Origin: a virus
DNA: 64,000 bases
Strand: one strand, 5' to 3'
Virus record (IMG/VR): IMGVR_UViG_3300009149_000019
Coordinates: 20,003 to 84,002 of that record
Shown here: one piece after another, positions 40,868-49,468 of the stretch
Position numbering within the stretch: position 1 is the stretch's first letter
Layout of the letters: each line of letters begins with the position of its first letter
The notes under the pieces: generated by a model
What the model saw: the letters and a program-made list of their open reading frames with translations, nothing else
Database searches by the model: none
What the model was told of the DNA's origin: nothing
Made by a program: the position numbers and the translations under genes

Positions 40868-41853
40868 TGGCGTCATCAAAGAAAAGTAGAAGGCACCGGG
40901 TACAGGCTTCATATGCGAGTGCACTCTTTGGGTATATACATAAAGCATCAGACGCAGTAAGAAACATGCCACAGAAAGAGAGTGACCAGCTATCTAAATG
41001 TTTTGACATTATTACGGATTGTGCTTTAGCCCTACCTGCCGATGTTAGGAAGGATATAGCACGCAAATGGCTCCAGTGGGCGCCTATTGACATGTGTCAG
41101 CCAAAAGGGCTGCTACCTCTTATTAGAGACGGATTAATACTGGGATCTGACTTACAGCATACGGGGTCTCCGTCAATCCTTTATAAAATTATAAAGTGCT
41201 TACCTAAAAAAATAGAGGCGGGTACCTTATCGGTGATCAGAGAGCTTCTATCAACTGGGGCATGTCCAAATGAGGTGTGTGACTACGTCTCTCTACTAGA
41301 GATTGCTACCACTCGCAATGTAATAGAGGTGGTAAGGCTCTTACTTGATGCTGGTGCAAATCCAGAGTGTGATACTAGGTCCGCACCGTCTCAAGAAAGG
41401 GAAGGAGGTCCAATTGATATTGCGTTATACCATGGGTTTATTGAGTGCGCCACTTTACTGTATGAGGCTGGAGCTCCTTTAGCAGTAAATGTTACTGAAG
41501 GATCACATACTCCTGTAGTAGTTGGCACTAGTTTATGTGGTCCACCTAGAACCATAAAGACAGCTATGTGTATGGCTTACTGGATTAAGCAGGAGAAGGA
41601 CCGGGGTGCTGCGGGGCATGGTATTGACAATCTAGAGTTAAACATCGTTGCACGCTTACTAGTTCAACATGTTTTAGTAAAATATCCACCAGCCCCCACG
41701 TTAAAAATTCTAAGTATTCTGTTCCCACAGAATGGTTCTTCGGTTATTAAAGCATTTACTTTAGATAAAGATCCGGCTATTAGGGAGGCTGCTGTAGCGC
41801 TTCTTATGTACAGTGATACCTATCCTAAAAATAAGTTGCAAAAGGAAAAATAG
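40867..41853 (+). CDS. Ankyrin-repeat-like protein
   Basis: ELLSTGACPN, VVRLLLDAGANP, CATLLYEAGA; C-terminal GSSVIKAFTLDKDPAIREAAVALL. Confidence 0.7.
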   Translation: MASSKKSRRHRVQASYASALFGYIHKASDAVRNMPQKESDQLSKCFDIITDCALALPADVRKDIARKWLQWAPIDMCQPKGLLPLIRDGLILGSDLQHTGSPSILYKIIKCLPKKIEAGTLSVIRELLSTGACPNEVCDYVSLLEIATTRNVIEVVRLLLDAGANPECDTRSAPSQEREGGPIDIALYHGFIECATLLYEAGAPLAVNVTEGSHTPVVVGTSLCGPPRTIKTAMCMAYWIKQEKDRGAAGHGIDNLELNIVARLLVQHVLVKYPPAPTLKILSILFPQNGSSVIKAFTLDKDPAIREAAVALLMYSDTYPKNKLQKEK

Positions 41854-41865
41854 TTATGCTACTAT
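41836..41865 (+). promoter_or_regulatory. sigma70-type promoter
   Basis: TTGCAA-N18-TACTAT with TGn extension. Confidence 0.5.
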
Positions 41866-41894
41866 TAAATAATAAGTTGGGGGAAGGGGAATAT

Positions 41895-42077
41895 ATGAAC
41901 AACGTACATACTGCTACAGTACAGAAAAATTTGTCGGGGATGACATCAAAAAAGCTTGTGTGTCTTTTGTGTACTACTGTGTTACCACGGGAGACGGTTA
42001 TTGAGATAGAGCGTATTCTTTCTCAGAGAAAGTCTTCTGGAAAGTTTACATTCTTTTCAGCAAAAACAAGGAGATAA
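41895..42077 (+). CDS. 60-aa protein consisting mostly of the shared helical box
   Basis: NLSGMTSKKLVCLLCTTVLPRETVIEIERILSQR; G-rich SD. Confidence 0.6.
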   Translation: MNNVHTATVQKNLSGMTSKKLVCLLCTTVLPRETVIEIERILSQRKSSGKFTFFSAKTRR

Positions 42078-42080
42078 ATA

Positions 42081-42272
42081 ATGCACGAAAAAATACCATT
42101 TGCTCTCCTTAACGAGGAGATCAGTGATCTTTCTGCTATGGAAGAAGCCCTTAGGGCCCTTCAGGATGATCACCCGGATGACCTTGACTTAGAGCTTACT
42201 TTGGAACAAACCATTTCCAGAAAGATATACTTGGAAAATGTGCTTGTACGACTAGTGAAGGAGGCCTCATGA
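42081..42272 (+). CDS. Small hypothetical helical-hairpin protein
   Basis: AAGGAG SD, 63 aa. Confidence 0.65.
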   Translation: MHEKIPFALLNEEISDLSAMEEALRALQDDHPDDLDLELTLEQTISRKIYLENVLVRLVKEAS

Positions 42273-42853
42273 AGGGAAGGATTTCTCGCTGGGCCTACAT
42301 TATTTTAGTACTTGTTGGTACGGCCGTTAGTGTTGGGATGAGCATCTATCTCTGTAAATGCATGCAGGTCCTTTCCATGCCCTGGCCGTGCTTCCTGTTC
42401 TTTAGTTGGGCTGTTGGTACATCAATCCCGTTTTGGATAGGTGTTACTATGAGGCGTGCTCTTTATGATCCGGATGAATCCACATATGGAAAGATTTGGG
42501 GAGATACTATGTCTGTGGGAGAGGTGTCTCTTCTCGTTAGAAGCTTACCAGACCGTTACCTCAAAGCTATAAGTTTGAGCTCAACCATTCCCCCTCTTCT
42601 GAGGGATGTAGTGGCGTTTGAGCTAGTGCTTAGAACAAAGAAGGGTACTAATGAGTATTCGGGCTTTGTTCATACTATGGTATTGGTACGTAATATATCT
42701 AAAATAGTCGAGGGGTGGGGTGTTATATTTGTAATAGGCGGATTACCTCTAATGGCCCTGGGTCTAAGTTGGCCTTTATTTGTTGGTATATCCCTCGTCT
42801 CCCTAGGTATTGGCTTTACTGTCATGTCTCCCTTCTCTTCTTTCACAATTTAA
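42269..42853 (+). CDS. Membrane protein (about 4 TM segments) with box in the central loop
   Basis: Hydrophobic segments at both ends; SLPDRYLKAISLSSTIPPLLRDVVAFELVLR. Confidence 0.7.
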   Translation: MKGRISRWAYIILVLVGTAVSVGMSIYLCKCMQVLSMPWPCFLFFSWAVGTSIPFWIGVTMRRALYDPDESTYGKIWGDTMSVGEVSLLVRSLPDRYLKAISLSSTIPPLLRDVVAFELVLRTKKGTNEYSGFVHTMVLVRNISKIVEGWGVIFVIGGLPLMALGLSWPLFVGISLVSLGIGFTVMSPFSSFTI

Positions 42854-42874
42854 GATCATCCATTAGGAGGAACT

Positions 42875-43351
42875 ATGGAATCATCGTTGCATGATGTCAT
42901 GCACAGTTTTCACTATGGCCTATTTCTTGAAAAGGCCTTGATGCTTGCTACTTACTATCATAAAGGACAAGTAGACATTTCAGGGCAGCCGTACATTATG
43001 CATTTACTTAGTGTAGCTTCACGTGTAGAGACAGTAAGACAGAAAACTATTGCTGTTCTCCATGATATTCTGGAGGACACTGATATCCCTGAGCATATTC
43101 TTAGTGTCTACTTTCGATCAGACATTGTGGATGGGGTAGTGGCCTTAACAAGACGAGGGGGGGTATACTATGATGACTACATTGACGGAATTATGAATCA
43201 TTACGATCCCGATGTTGTCCTCATTAAAATTGCTGATTTGAGACATAACTGTGATCCTATCAGACTAGGAATACTGAAGGATCACGATGTAACACGTATG
43301 AATAAGTACATGAAGGCTCTTGGGAAACTTGAACAGACCCTAAGAGACTAA
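42875..43351 (+). CDS. Small alarmone hydrolase-like HD protein (RelA/SpoT/Mesh1-type)
   Basis: HKGQVDISGQPYIMH, AVLHDILEDT, VVALTR, IKIADLRHN. Confidence 0.85.
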   Translation: MESSLHDVMHSFHYGLFLEKALMLATYYHKGQVDISGQPYIMHLLSVASRVETVRQKTIAVLHDILEDTDIPEHILSVYFRSDIVDGVVALTRRGGVYYDDYIDGIMNHYDPDVVLIKIADLRHNCDPIRLGILKDHDVTRMNKYMKALGKLEQTLRD

Positions 43352-43375
43352 TTACCATAAGGTTAGGAGGAACCA

Positions 43376-45880
43376 ATGAGAACCATTTTGTTTCTGTTGT
43401 TGACTGTAATGATCTTATTACAGCCTATTTCCATTTTTGCGAAACCATCAGTCGACATCTACATGTATGACGGTGATGACGAGACTATCTATGTCGATGT
43501 GGATATGCCAGACGACGTAGACTGGGTAATCAAGGTACGGTTAAACGGCTATACCGCAGACACTTTTGTTGCTTCCGGTGACCGTAATAAGCATTATAAC
43601 ATTGATGATGAGCTTGATGGAAATCCTAGTAACATCGAGATCCTTGTGCAAGGTGACGGTGATGGCTACGGATGGGAAGATTTAGCTAGTGAAGACTTTA
43701 AGCGTGAGACTTCTGCACCAACCTATGATTTAGATGTAGAGGTAAGCCCACGGGGGTCAGGGACTGTTACGGTAACACCTGATAATGACGACTACTCCTT
43801 TGATCAGGGTGTTGTATTGGAGGCCCATGCTAATGAGGGGTACACGTTTGATAGGTACGAATCTGACGAGTGGGGTACATCCTATGATGGTTCTTGCTAT
43901 GGAGAGCATATTAGGGAAGACGTAGACGTAATTGCATATTTCAATGCTGCTACCCCTCCTGACGGCTCTGGTGGTGACAATGACGATCAGGATCCTATTC
44001 CTCCACCTCCGATAGCACAGGAGTACTCAATTAGGTGTTATGTTGTTCCTCCTGAGGCTGGAATGTTAGTTATATCAGCATCCTTGACCCCAGAGGATAT
44101 TATACATTCTTCAGATTATACTAGTAACTACAGAAGTGACACTGTACTTACAATAAGGTCTGTTGAATCTACAGGATATTCTTTTATGGGGTGGGCATAC
44201 AATGATATCCCTACCTCAACAGATGACATCTACAACCTTACCCCAGTAGAGGACGCTGACATATCTGCAATATTTACTAAAGATCAACCAGCTCCCCCAG
44301 GTAATGGACATCAGAGTCTTATTGACGGCCTTAGGTTCCATGGAGACGATGATAGTTGCGTTGTCTTTATTTACCTTATTGAGGGTAACGATTTCTTTTC
44401 TACAGCAATCAGTACAAATTCTGGACTAAACCTCAAGGTAGGAGATATTGATGTCCTGCTTGAGCGGCTAAGTTCCCTTTACAAGAATGTTACTATTACC
44501 TTTGAGCCTCAGACAGGAGATACCGGAATGCTTAGGATTGATATTGTTGACAACCCTACTAAGTGGGAGGCTGCAATTGCTTCTACAACAGAAACCCTAA
44601 GTGATCTTGCTCAATACTTATCTGGACAGTGTAACTTTGAGGACCCAGGGCAACAAGAAGATTGTAGGAGAACACAGATGGTTTTGCTGGGTGTTGCTAC
44701 CGTTTTGACTATCACCCCTGTTGGTGGACTTGGCTTTGTATATCTTGGGTATATGGGATTAGCTGGTAATACATACTTGCTAGTAAGTGATGCAAGCGAA
44801 GCCGCACTAACCCCTGGGTTTGATCAAGATATCCATGATAGGATCATTACTGACGTAAAGTATAGCTTGTTGTCATTATTTGATGTTGCTGGTGGTAATC
44901 TTATAGACTTTGCAAAAATTAAGTTAGTTACCAAGTACCCTAAACTTAATAATGCAGCAAAGATCACTAAGCAGTTTGCATCAAATGCCACATTGAGAGC
45001 TAGAAAGATAGGTGGCTGTGTTGTTAACGTGTTTGATGACATCATTATGGAGAATCTTTCTTTTACCGACGATTTCTTCAGAGTGTTTGATGATATCATA
45101 GGTGCGCCTCTTGGAAACTCAGGTGGCAAGGCTCTAGATAAATTCACCAAAATCTTTGGAGATATAAAGATCCAGAAATGGGTACCTTATAAAAGATCTA
45201 TCTCTGAGATGAGCGGGTATGCTGATGACATTGCCAGGAATGGCTTTGACTACTCAGATGACATTATTCGTGGAACACTTAAAGGGGATCTTCTAGAGGA
45301 GTACATTGCTAATGTCGTAGCCTCCGGGGGAAAAGTCGTTAAGGTCTTTAAGAACGCAGGATCAGCAACTGGGAAGGAGTGTGTTGACATCATCTATACC
45401 AGACTTGATGATGCGGGAAGAGAAGTTATTGGCATAATGGAGGTTAAGCTTTACGAGACTGGTGGTGTTTCTGCTACGGTAAAACAGCTGTCTGAAAGAT
45501 ACACTTCTATGATCGATGACGGATTCAGTGCATTTATAGATGTTCCAGCTGCTCCAGGGTCCAGCGTTTACTCAAGCCTTGAGCTTGAAAAAGCCTTTAA
45601 TGAAGGCAGGATGGAATTTACTCTCAGTGTGTTTAATGGAGAAACTAGTTGGCTGTCTACCATTCCGTTGGATGACATGAAGAAAATGTATGACTTGGCG
45701 GATGATACTACTTCACTGATTGCTACTATTAGAAGTAAGATAGCTGCCGGTGTTTACGCTCCCGGTCCTGATCTTTCAGGGCTTACCTTATCTAGTGATA
45801 CCATGAAAGCTATCCGAAACATCTACTCTGAGTATGTTATTCAGATGAAAGCTATAGCCATAGAAGGAGGTTCATTATGA
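43376..45880 (+). CDS. Secreted multidomain protein: signal peptide, two divergent InlB-B-like repeats, Gly-rich hydrophobic segment, C-terminal PD-(D/E)XK-like domain (polymorphic-toxin-like)
   Basis: MRTILFLLLTVMILLQPISIFA; GSGTVTV..AHANEGYTFDRY; GYSFMGW..DADISAIF; KGDLLEE..VDII..IMEVK. Confidence 0.6.
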   Translation: MRTILFLLLTVMILLQPISIFAKPSVDIYMYDGDDETIYVDVDMPDDVDWVIKVRLNGYTADTFVASGDRNKHYNIDDELDGNPSNIEILVQGDGDGYGWEDLASEDFKRETSAPTYDLDVEVSPRGSGTVTVTPDNDDYSFDQGVVLEAHANEGYTFDRYESDEWGTSYDGSCYGEHIREDVDVIAYFNAATPPDGSGGDNDDQDPIPPPPIAQEYSIRCYVVPPEAGMLVISASLTPEDIIHSSDYTSNYRSDTVLTIRSVESTGYSFMGWAYNDIPTSTDDIYNLTPVEDADISAIFTKDQPAPPGNGHQSLIDGLRFHGDDDSCVVFIYLIEGNDFFSTAISTNSGLNLKVGDIDVLLERLSSLYKNVTITFEPQTGDTGMLRIDIVDNPTKWEAAIASTTETLSDLAQYLSGQCNFEDPGQQEDCRRTQMVLLGVATVLTITPVGGLGFVYLGYMGLAGNTYLLVSDASEAALTPGFDQDIHDRIITDVKYSLLSLFDVAGGNLIDFAKIKLVTKYPKLNNAAKITKQFASNATLRARKIGGCVVNVFDDIIMENLSFTDDFFRVFDDIIGAPLGNSGGKALDKFTKIFGDIKIQKWVPYKRSISEMSGYADDIARNGFDYSDDIIRGTLKGDLLEEYIANVVASGGKVVKVFKNAGSATGKECVDIIYTRLDDAGREVIGIMEVKLYETGGVSATVKQLSERYTSMIDDGFSAFIDVPAAPGSSVYSSLELEKAFNEGRMEFTLSVFNGETSWLSTIPLDDMKKMYDLADDTTSLIATIRSKIAAGVYAPGPDLSGLTLSSDTMKAIRNIYSEYVIQMKAIAIEGGSL

Positions 45881-46263
45881 GAGTAGTACTTGTTGCTATA
45901 GCAACAGTTGTGGCGGTCTCCCTTTTCCCGATTTCTGGTTGTAGTGGAGGAGGATCAGGCGGCGGAATTGCCAGTGCTACTTCCGAGATTTCTGTGGTTA
46001 CTCCTGTTAACTCAATCCTTCCAATTGTTCCTACTGGAGCAAAGCTGTCGTCACCTGTTCCATGGATGTTCTTAGCTACGTTTGATACTCAAGACAACCT
46101 GCTTGAGTTTCAGATAGAAAATCCTGACTTTGTTCTTGTTCCATCTGACGACATCTACATGGCTATAAATGATAAGCATGCAGATCTTAAGAAAACACCA
46201 GGCCTGGTTATTGTAGATGGTATCGGTTGGGATGAGGATAGAAAAGCAATAGCTCTTAACTAA
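45877..46263 (+). CDS. Putative lipoprotein
   Basis: Hydrophobic N-terminus, lipobox ISGC, GGGSGGG linker; ATGA overlap with upstream gene. Confidence 0.65.
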   Translation: MRVVLVAIATVVAVSLFPISGCSGGGSGGGIASATSEISVVTPVNSILPIVPTGAKLSSPVPWMFLATFDTQDNLLEFQIENPDFVLVPSDDIYMAINDKHADLKKTPGLVIVDGIGWDEDRKAIALN

Positions 46264-46268
46264 CTTAT

Positions 46269-46308
46269 AAAAGGGCGTATGGCACAGAAGCGTACGCCCT
46301 TTTTTTTT
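46269..46308 (+). terminator. Intrinsic terminator
   Basis: AAAAGGGCGTATG..CGTACGCCC followed by T9. Confidence 0.8.
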
Positions 46309-46322
46309 AAAGGAGAAAATAA

Positions 46323-46625
46323 ATGGCAAAGATTTTATTAGATAGAGAACTTTTGGATATCACAAAACGTGTGATAGAAAATCAGGAAATAGACGATACT
46401 GACCAGCACATTGTTTTCATGGACGGACTGGCACGGCTTATTTGTGAGCACTTCGGCGGACAGGTTGGGGCTGTTCACTCTCCTCTTCTTGATGAGCCTG
46501 TAAATGAAGTGGACGCGTCCAGATGGGCTGTTGCAATTCATTTTGATGATAATGTTCCTGATGGCGGTGGTATCTATAAAGAGTTTGATACTGACGTTTC
46601 TATAGAAGAATGGATGGAAACCTAA
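46323..46625 (+). CDS. Acidic hypothetical protein
   Basis: AAGGAG SD, 100 aa. Confidence 0.7.
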   Translation: MAKILLDRELLDITKRVIENQEIDDTDQHIVFMDGLARLICEHFGGQVGAVHSPLLDEPVNEVDASRWAVAIHFDDNVPDGGGIYKEFDTDVSIEEWMET

Positions 46626-46638
46626 GGAGGAAGAATAT

Positions 46639-46995
46639 ATGGATGACTCTGAAAAATTAGCGGTATGTCTTGCTACAGTGACTATGGCTGAGGCTCAGTC
46701 CCTTGGGACTATGATGACCTTAACTAAGTTAAATGGATGTAAAGAGGGCGTGGAAACGGTAACTGCTATGATAGGAGAACTTAGTCAATGTATTGAAGAG
46801 CTGAATATTGGGTTTGCCAAAAGTCGTATCATTGAGGTGCTTATGGAGCTTGAGGCACTCTCTGACTTTATTACGTTGTCCATGGAGCAGGAAAATGAAC
46901 ACTGCTCCAACGTAACAGATGCTCTTTCTGTTGCCACATCTAGGGTAGATGGGCTCATCAAGAAAGGTGCAAAGAAGAAAAAGAAAATAAAGTGA
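46639..46995 (+). CDS. Hypothetical helical protein, poly-Lys tail
   Basis: AAGGAGG SD, 118 aa. Confidence 0.7.
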   Translation: MDDSEKLAVCLATVTMAEAQSLGTMMTLTKLNGCKEGVETVTAMIGELSQCIEELNIGFAKSRIIEVLMELEALSDFITLSMEQENEHCSNVTDALSVATSRVDGLIKKGAKKKKKIK

Positions 46996-47002
46996 GGTAT
47001 CC

Positions 47003-48445
47003 ATGTTTGAGATAAAAGGAAAACATACGACAGCTACCGTGTTTACTGATGATGTTGATTCTCAGTGTGTAGGGCAACTTACAAAGATAGTAAACAATGC
47101 ATCTTTTAAGGGTAAGATTGCAGGTATGCCTGATATACATGCTGGTAAGGGATGTGTGGTTGGCTTTACAATGCCTTTAGGTGATAGAGTCGTGCCAAAC
47201 ATTGTTGGGGTAGACGTGAACTGTGGGGTTTTTGGTGTTAATATCGGATCAGTGGATCCGTTCAGGAAGGTATCTCATCAGAAGTTTGATGACCTCGTAA
47301 GACAGAGGATCCCTTTTGGTATGAATACCCATGACACCCCAGTTATTGATATGAAAAAGGAATTTCCATGGGATGTGGCAACAGAGACTGCCAGGAAGTT
47401 CTCTATGGCATATCGTGAAAGGTTTGGAGTACTGCCGCTTGACCCGCCTGAATACGCTTATGACTGGTTTGAAAAGAAGTGCAAGCAGATAGGAGTTAGG
47501 AAAGGCGTGTCCTACGCAGTAAACAGTCTTGGAACTCTCGGTGGTGGAAACCACTATATTGAAGTAGCTCAGTCTAATGTGACTAGAGACTTTTGGATAA
47601 TAGTCCATTCTGGATCTAGAAACTTTGGTGGTCGGGTTTGTACATTCTGGCAGGACATAGCGGTCGCAAAAGGAAAGATGTCTATCCCCAAAGAAGAGTA
47701 TGCTGCTAGGATGAAAGAGATCACTACTAATACTCTTCCTAAAACAGACATTCCCCATAAGCTTGAGGAGCTTCGCATGTCTGCTAAGGCGCAAGATGTA
47801 GAAAAGGAACTCGAGTATCTTTCCGGAGAAGACATGATGGGCTACTTTTATGATATGATCTTTACACAGACATACGCTGATGTTAACAAGCTTTTGATGC
47901 TTGACATCCTGGTAAAGGTGTTTGGTATAAAGGCGATAAATGAGACCATCAGGACATCCCATAATTACATAGATTTCCGGGATTTCATTATAAGGAAAGG
48001 AGCAATCTCTTCTTATGAAAATGAGAGGATGATCATTCCTTTTAACATGAGAGATGGATCTTTGCTTTGTGTAGGAAAAACTAATCCTGATTGGAATTAC
48101 TCTGCTCCACATGGGGCTGGAAGAATAATGTCCAGGCGTGAAGCTAAAGAAAAGATCAAGATGGAGTCCTTTGAGATAGCTATGCGTGGGATATTTACCA
48201 CCAGCGTCACGGAAGGCACCTTAGACGAGGCGCCACAGGCGTATAAGAATGCAGAAGAAATAGAACGATTGATAGAGCCTACAGCCCTTGTTCTTGAAAG
48301 GCTCCGTGTTATTCATAACATGAAGGATACAGGAGGAGACAATCACGCTCACTGGAGTAAGAAGAAGGAAAAGCACAGGCTTGCAAAAGAGAAGAGGGAT
48401 CTTGGAAAAAGAAAAATGGAAGAGCGTGAACTTACGGGAGGATAA
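47003..48445 (+). CDS. rtcB: RtcB RNA ligase
   Basis: MPDIHAGKG, VGVDVNCG, LGTLGGGNHYIE, HSGSR, HNY, RKGA, SAPHGAGR, DEAPQAYK. Confidence 0.95.
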   Translation: MFEIKGKHTTATVFTDDVDSQCVGQLTKIVNNASFKGKIAGMPDIHAGKGCVVGFTMPLGDRVVPNIVGVDVNCGVFGVNIGSVDPFRKVSHQKFDDLVRQRIPFGMNTHDTPVIDMKKEFPWDVATETARKFSMAYRERFGVLPLDPPEYAYDWFEKKCKQIGVRKGVSYAVNSLGTLGGGNHYIEVAQSNVTRDFWIIVHSGSRNFGGRVCTFWQDIAVAKGKMSIPKEEYAARMKEITTNTLPKTDIPHKLEELRMSAKAQDVEKELEYLSGEDMMGYFYDMIFTQTYADVNKLLMLDILVKVFGIKAINETIRTSHNYIDFRDFIIRKGAISSYENERMIIPFNMRDGSLLCVGKTNPDWNYSAPHGAGRIMSRREAKEKIKMESFEIAMRGIFTTSVTEGTLDEAPQAYKNAEEIERLIEPTALVLERLRVIHNMKDTGGDNHAHWSKKKEKHRLAKEKRDLGKRKMEERELTGG

Positions 48446-48448
48446 TTA

Positions 48449-49468
48449 ATGTCAACTACTGTTACGTGTATACCTTACTACACGTTAATTAATAAAGTAA
48501 AAGAGCTGGGAAACTATGGGGTTCGGGCTTTCTTAAAGGAGTGCCCGGACCCAGCAAAGGTAATTAACGCCCTAGTACCATCAAGGCGCTCTGTTATGGC
48601 GTTTGTCGCTGGAAAGGGTGACATCGAGATGATGGACACCCTGGTGGAGTTTGGTGGGGATCTAAACATAGAGAGAACACGACCAACGAAAAGCAAAAAC
48701 ACGCCTCTCATGGTAGCTATTATTGAAAAACAAAATCATATGATTACGTACCTCCTTAAGAAGGGAGCAGACCCAACACTTACAAATGCCAATGGCATCT
48801 CTCCGTTGCTACTAGCAGTTAGGAGACACAACCGGGGCATTGTAGAGCTTCTCCTTTCTTATGGGGCTGATCCAAACGTTCAGCATGCCAAGCTGTCGTT
48901 TTCCCCACTCAATCAGGCTATCTCTTCCTTTAGGGAGGATATCGTTTCTGTTTTATTAAAAGCAGGCGCTAATCCTACTGCTCCTGACAGAGATGGGTTT
49001 GCTCCTATACATATTGCCTGCAACTGTGGAATGCTTGCGGTTGTACGCTCTCTTGTAGATAGAGGTGCACCAATTGATGTAATGACTAGAATGGGGTACT
49101 CTTCTTTTTATTACGCTTGTGTGTCCGCTATGAGAAAGCATTATAGATCTAATTTCTGTAAGAAGGGCTTTGACGTCAGAGAGGCTATTGACTTTTTTAT
49201 GAGTAACGGGTATCCGGTCTTCAGGGATATTAGTAACCCTAAGTATGAGTTGCTATCAGAAGCCTTTTGTGGTGGTACGGCCTCTCTGATAATAAAGCAG
49301 TATCTTACAGACGCACGGCTTAAACGTCTACTTTTAAATAAGGTAGCACTTAAAATGTCAGAAGAAAATGAAAAATTAATACGGGAGGTTCTCATTGGAG
49401 GAAAACGAAAACAAGAACCCCATGGTCCAGATAGACATGAAAAATCCTCTGGGGTGGGGAAACATTGA
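48449..49468 (+). CDS. Ankyrin-repeat protein with C-terminal box
   Basis: NTPLMVAI..YLLKKGADP, SPLLLAV..LLLSYGADPN, LLKAGANP, APIHIAC; LTDARLKRLLLNK..EKLIREVL. Confidence 0.9.
   Translation: MSTTVTCIPYYTLINKVKELGNYGVRAFLKECPDPAKVINALVPSRRSVMAFVAGKGDIEMMDTLVEFGGDLNIERTRPTKSKNTPLMVAIIEKQNHMITYLLKKGADPTLTNANGISPLLLAVRRHNRGIVELLLSYGADPNVQHAKLSFSPLNQAISSFREDIVSVLLKAGANPTAPDRDGFAPIHIACNCGMLAVVRSLVDRGAPIDVMTRMGYSSFYYACVSAMRKHYRSNFCKKGFDVREAIDFFMSNGYPVFRDISNPKYELLSEAFCGGTASLIIKQYLTDARLKRLLLNKVALKMSEENEKLIREVLIGGKRKQEPHGPDRHEKSSGVGKH

Noticed and set aside
12757-48445. Inteins or group I introns in polymerase, RecA, RNAP or RtcB
   Set aside because: Motif spacing is normal or compact; no intein junction motifs or frame breaks were seen.
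31727-49468. Eukaryotic giant virus origin suggested by ankyrins and papain protease
   Set aside because: Strong SD motifs, overlapping operonic genes, sigma70 promoters, family A polymerase and RecA point to a bacterial virus.
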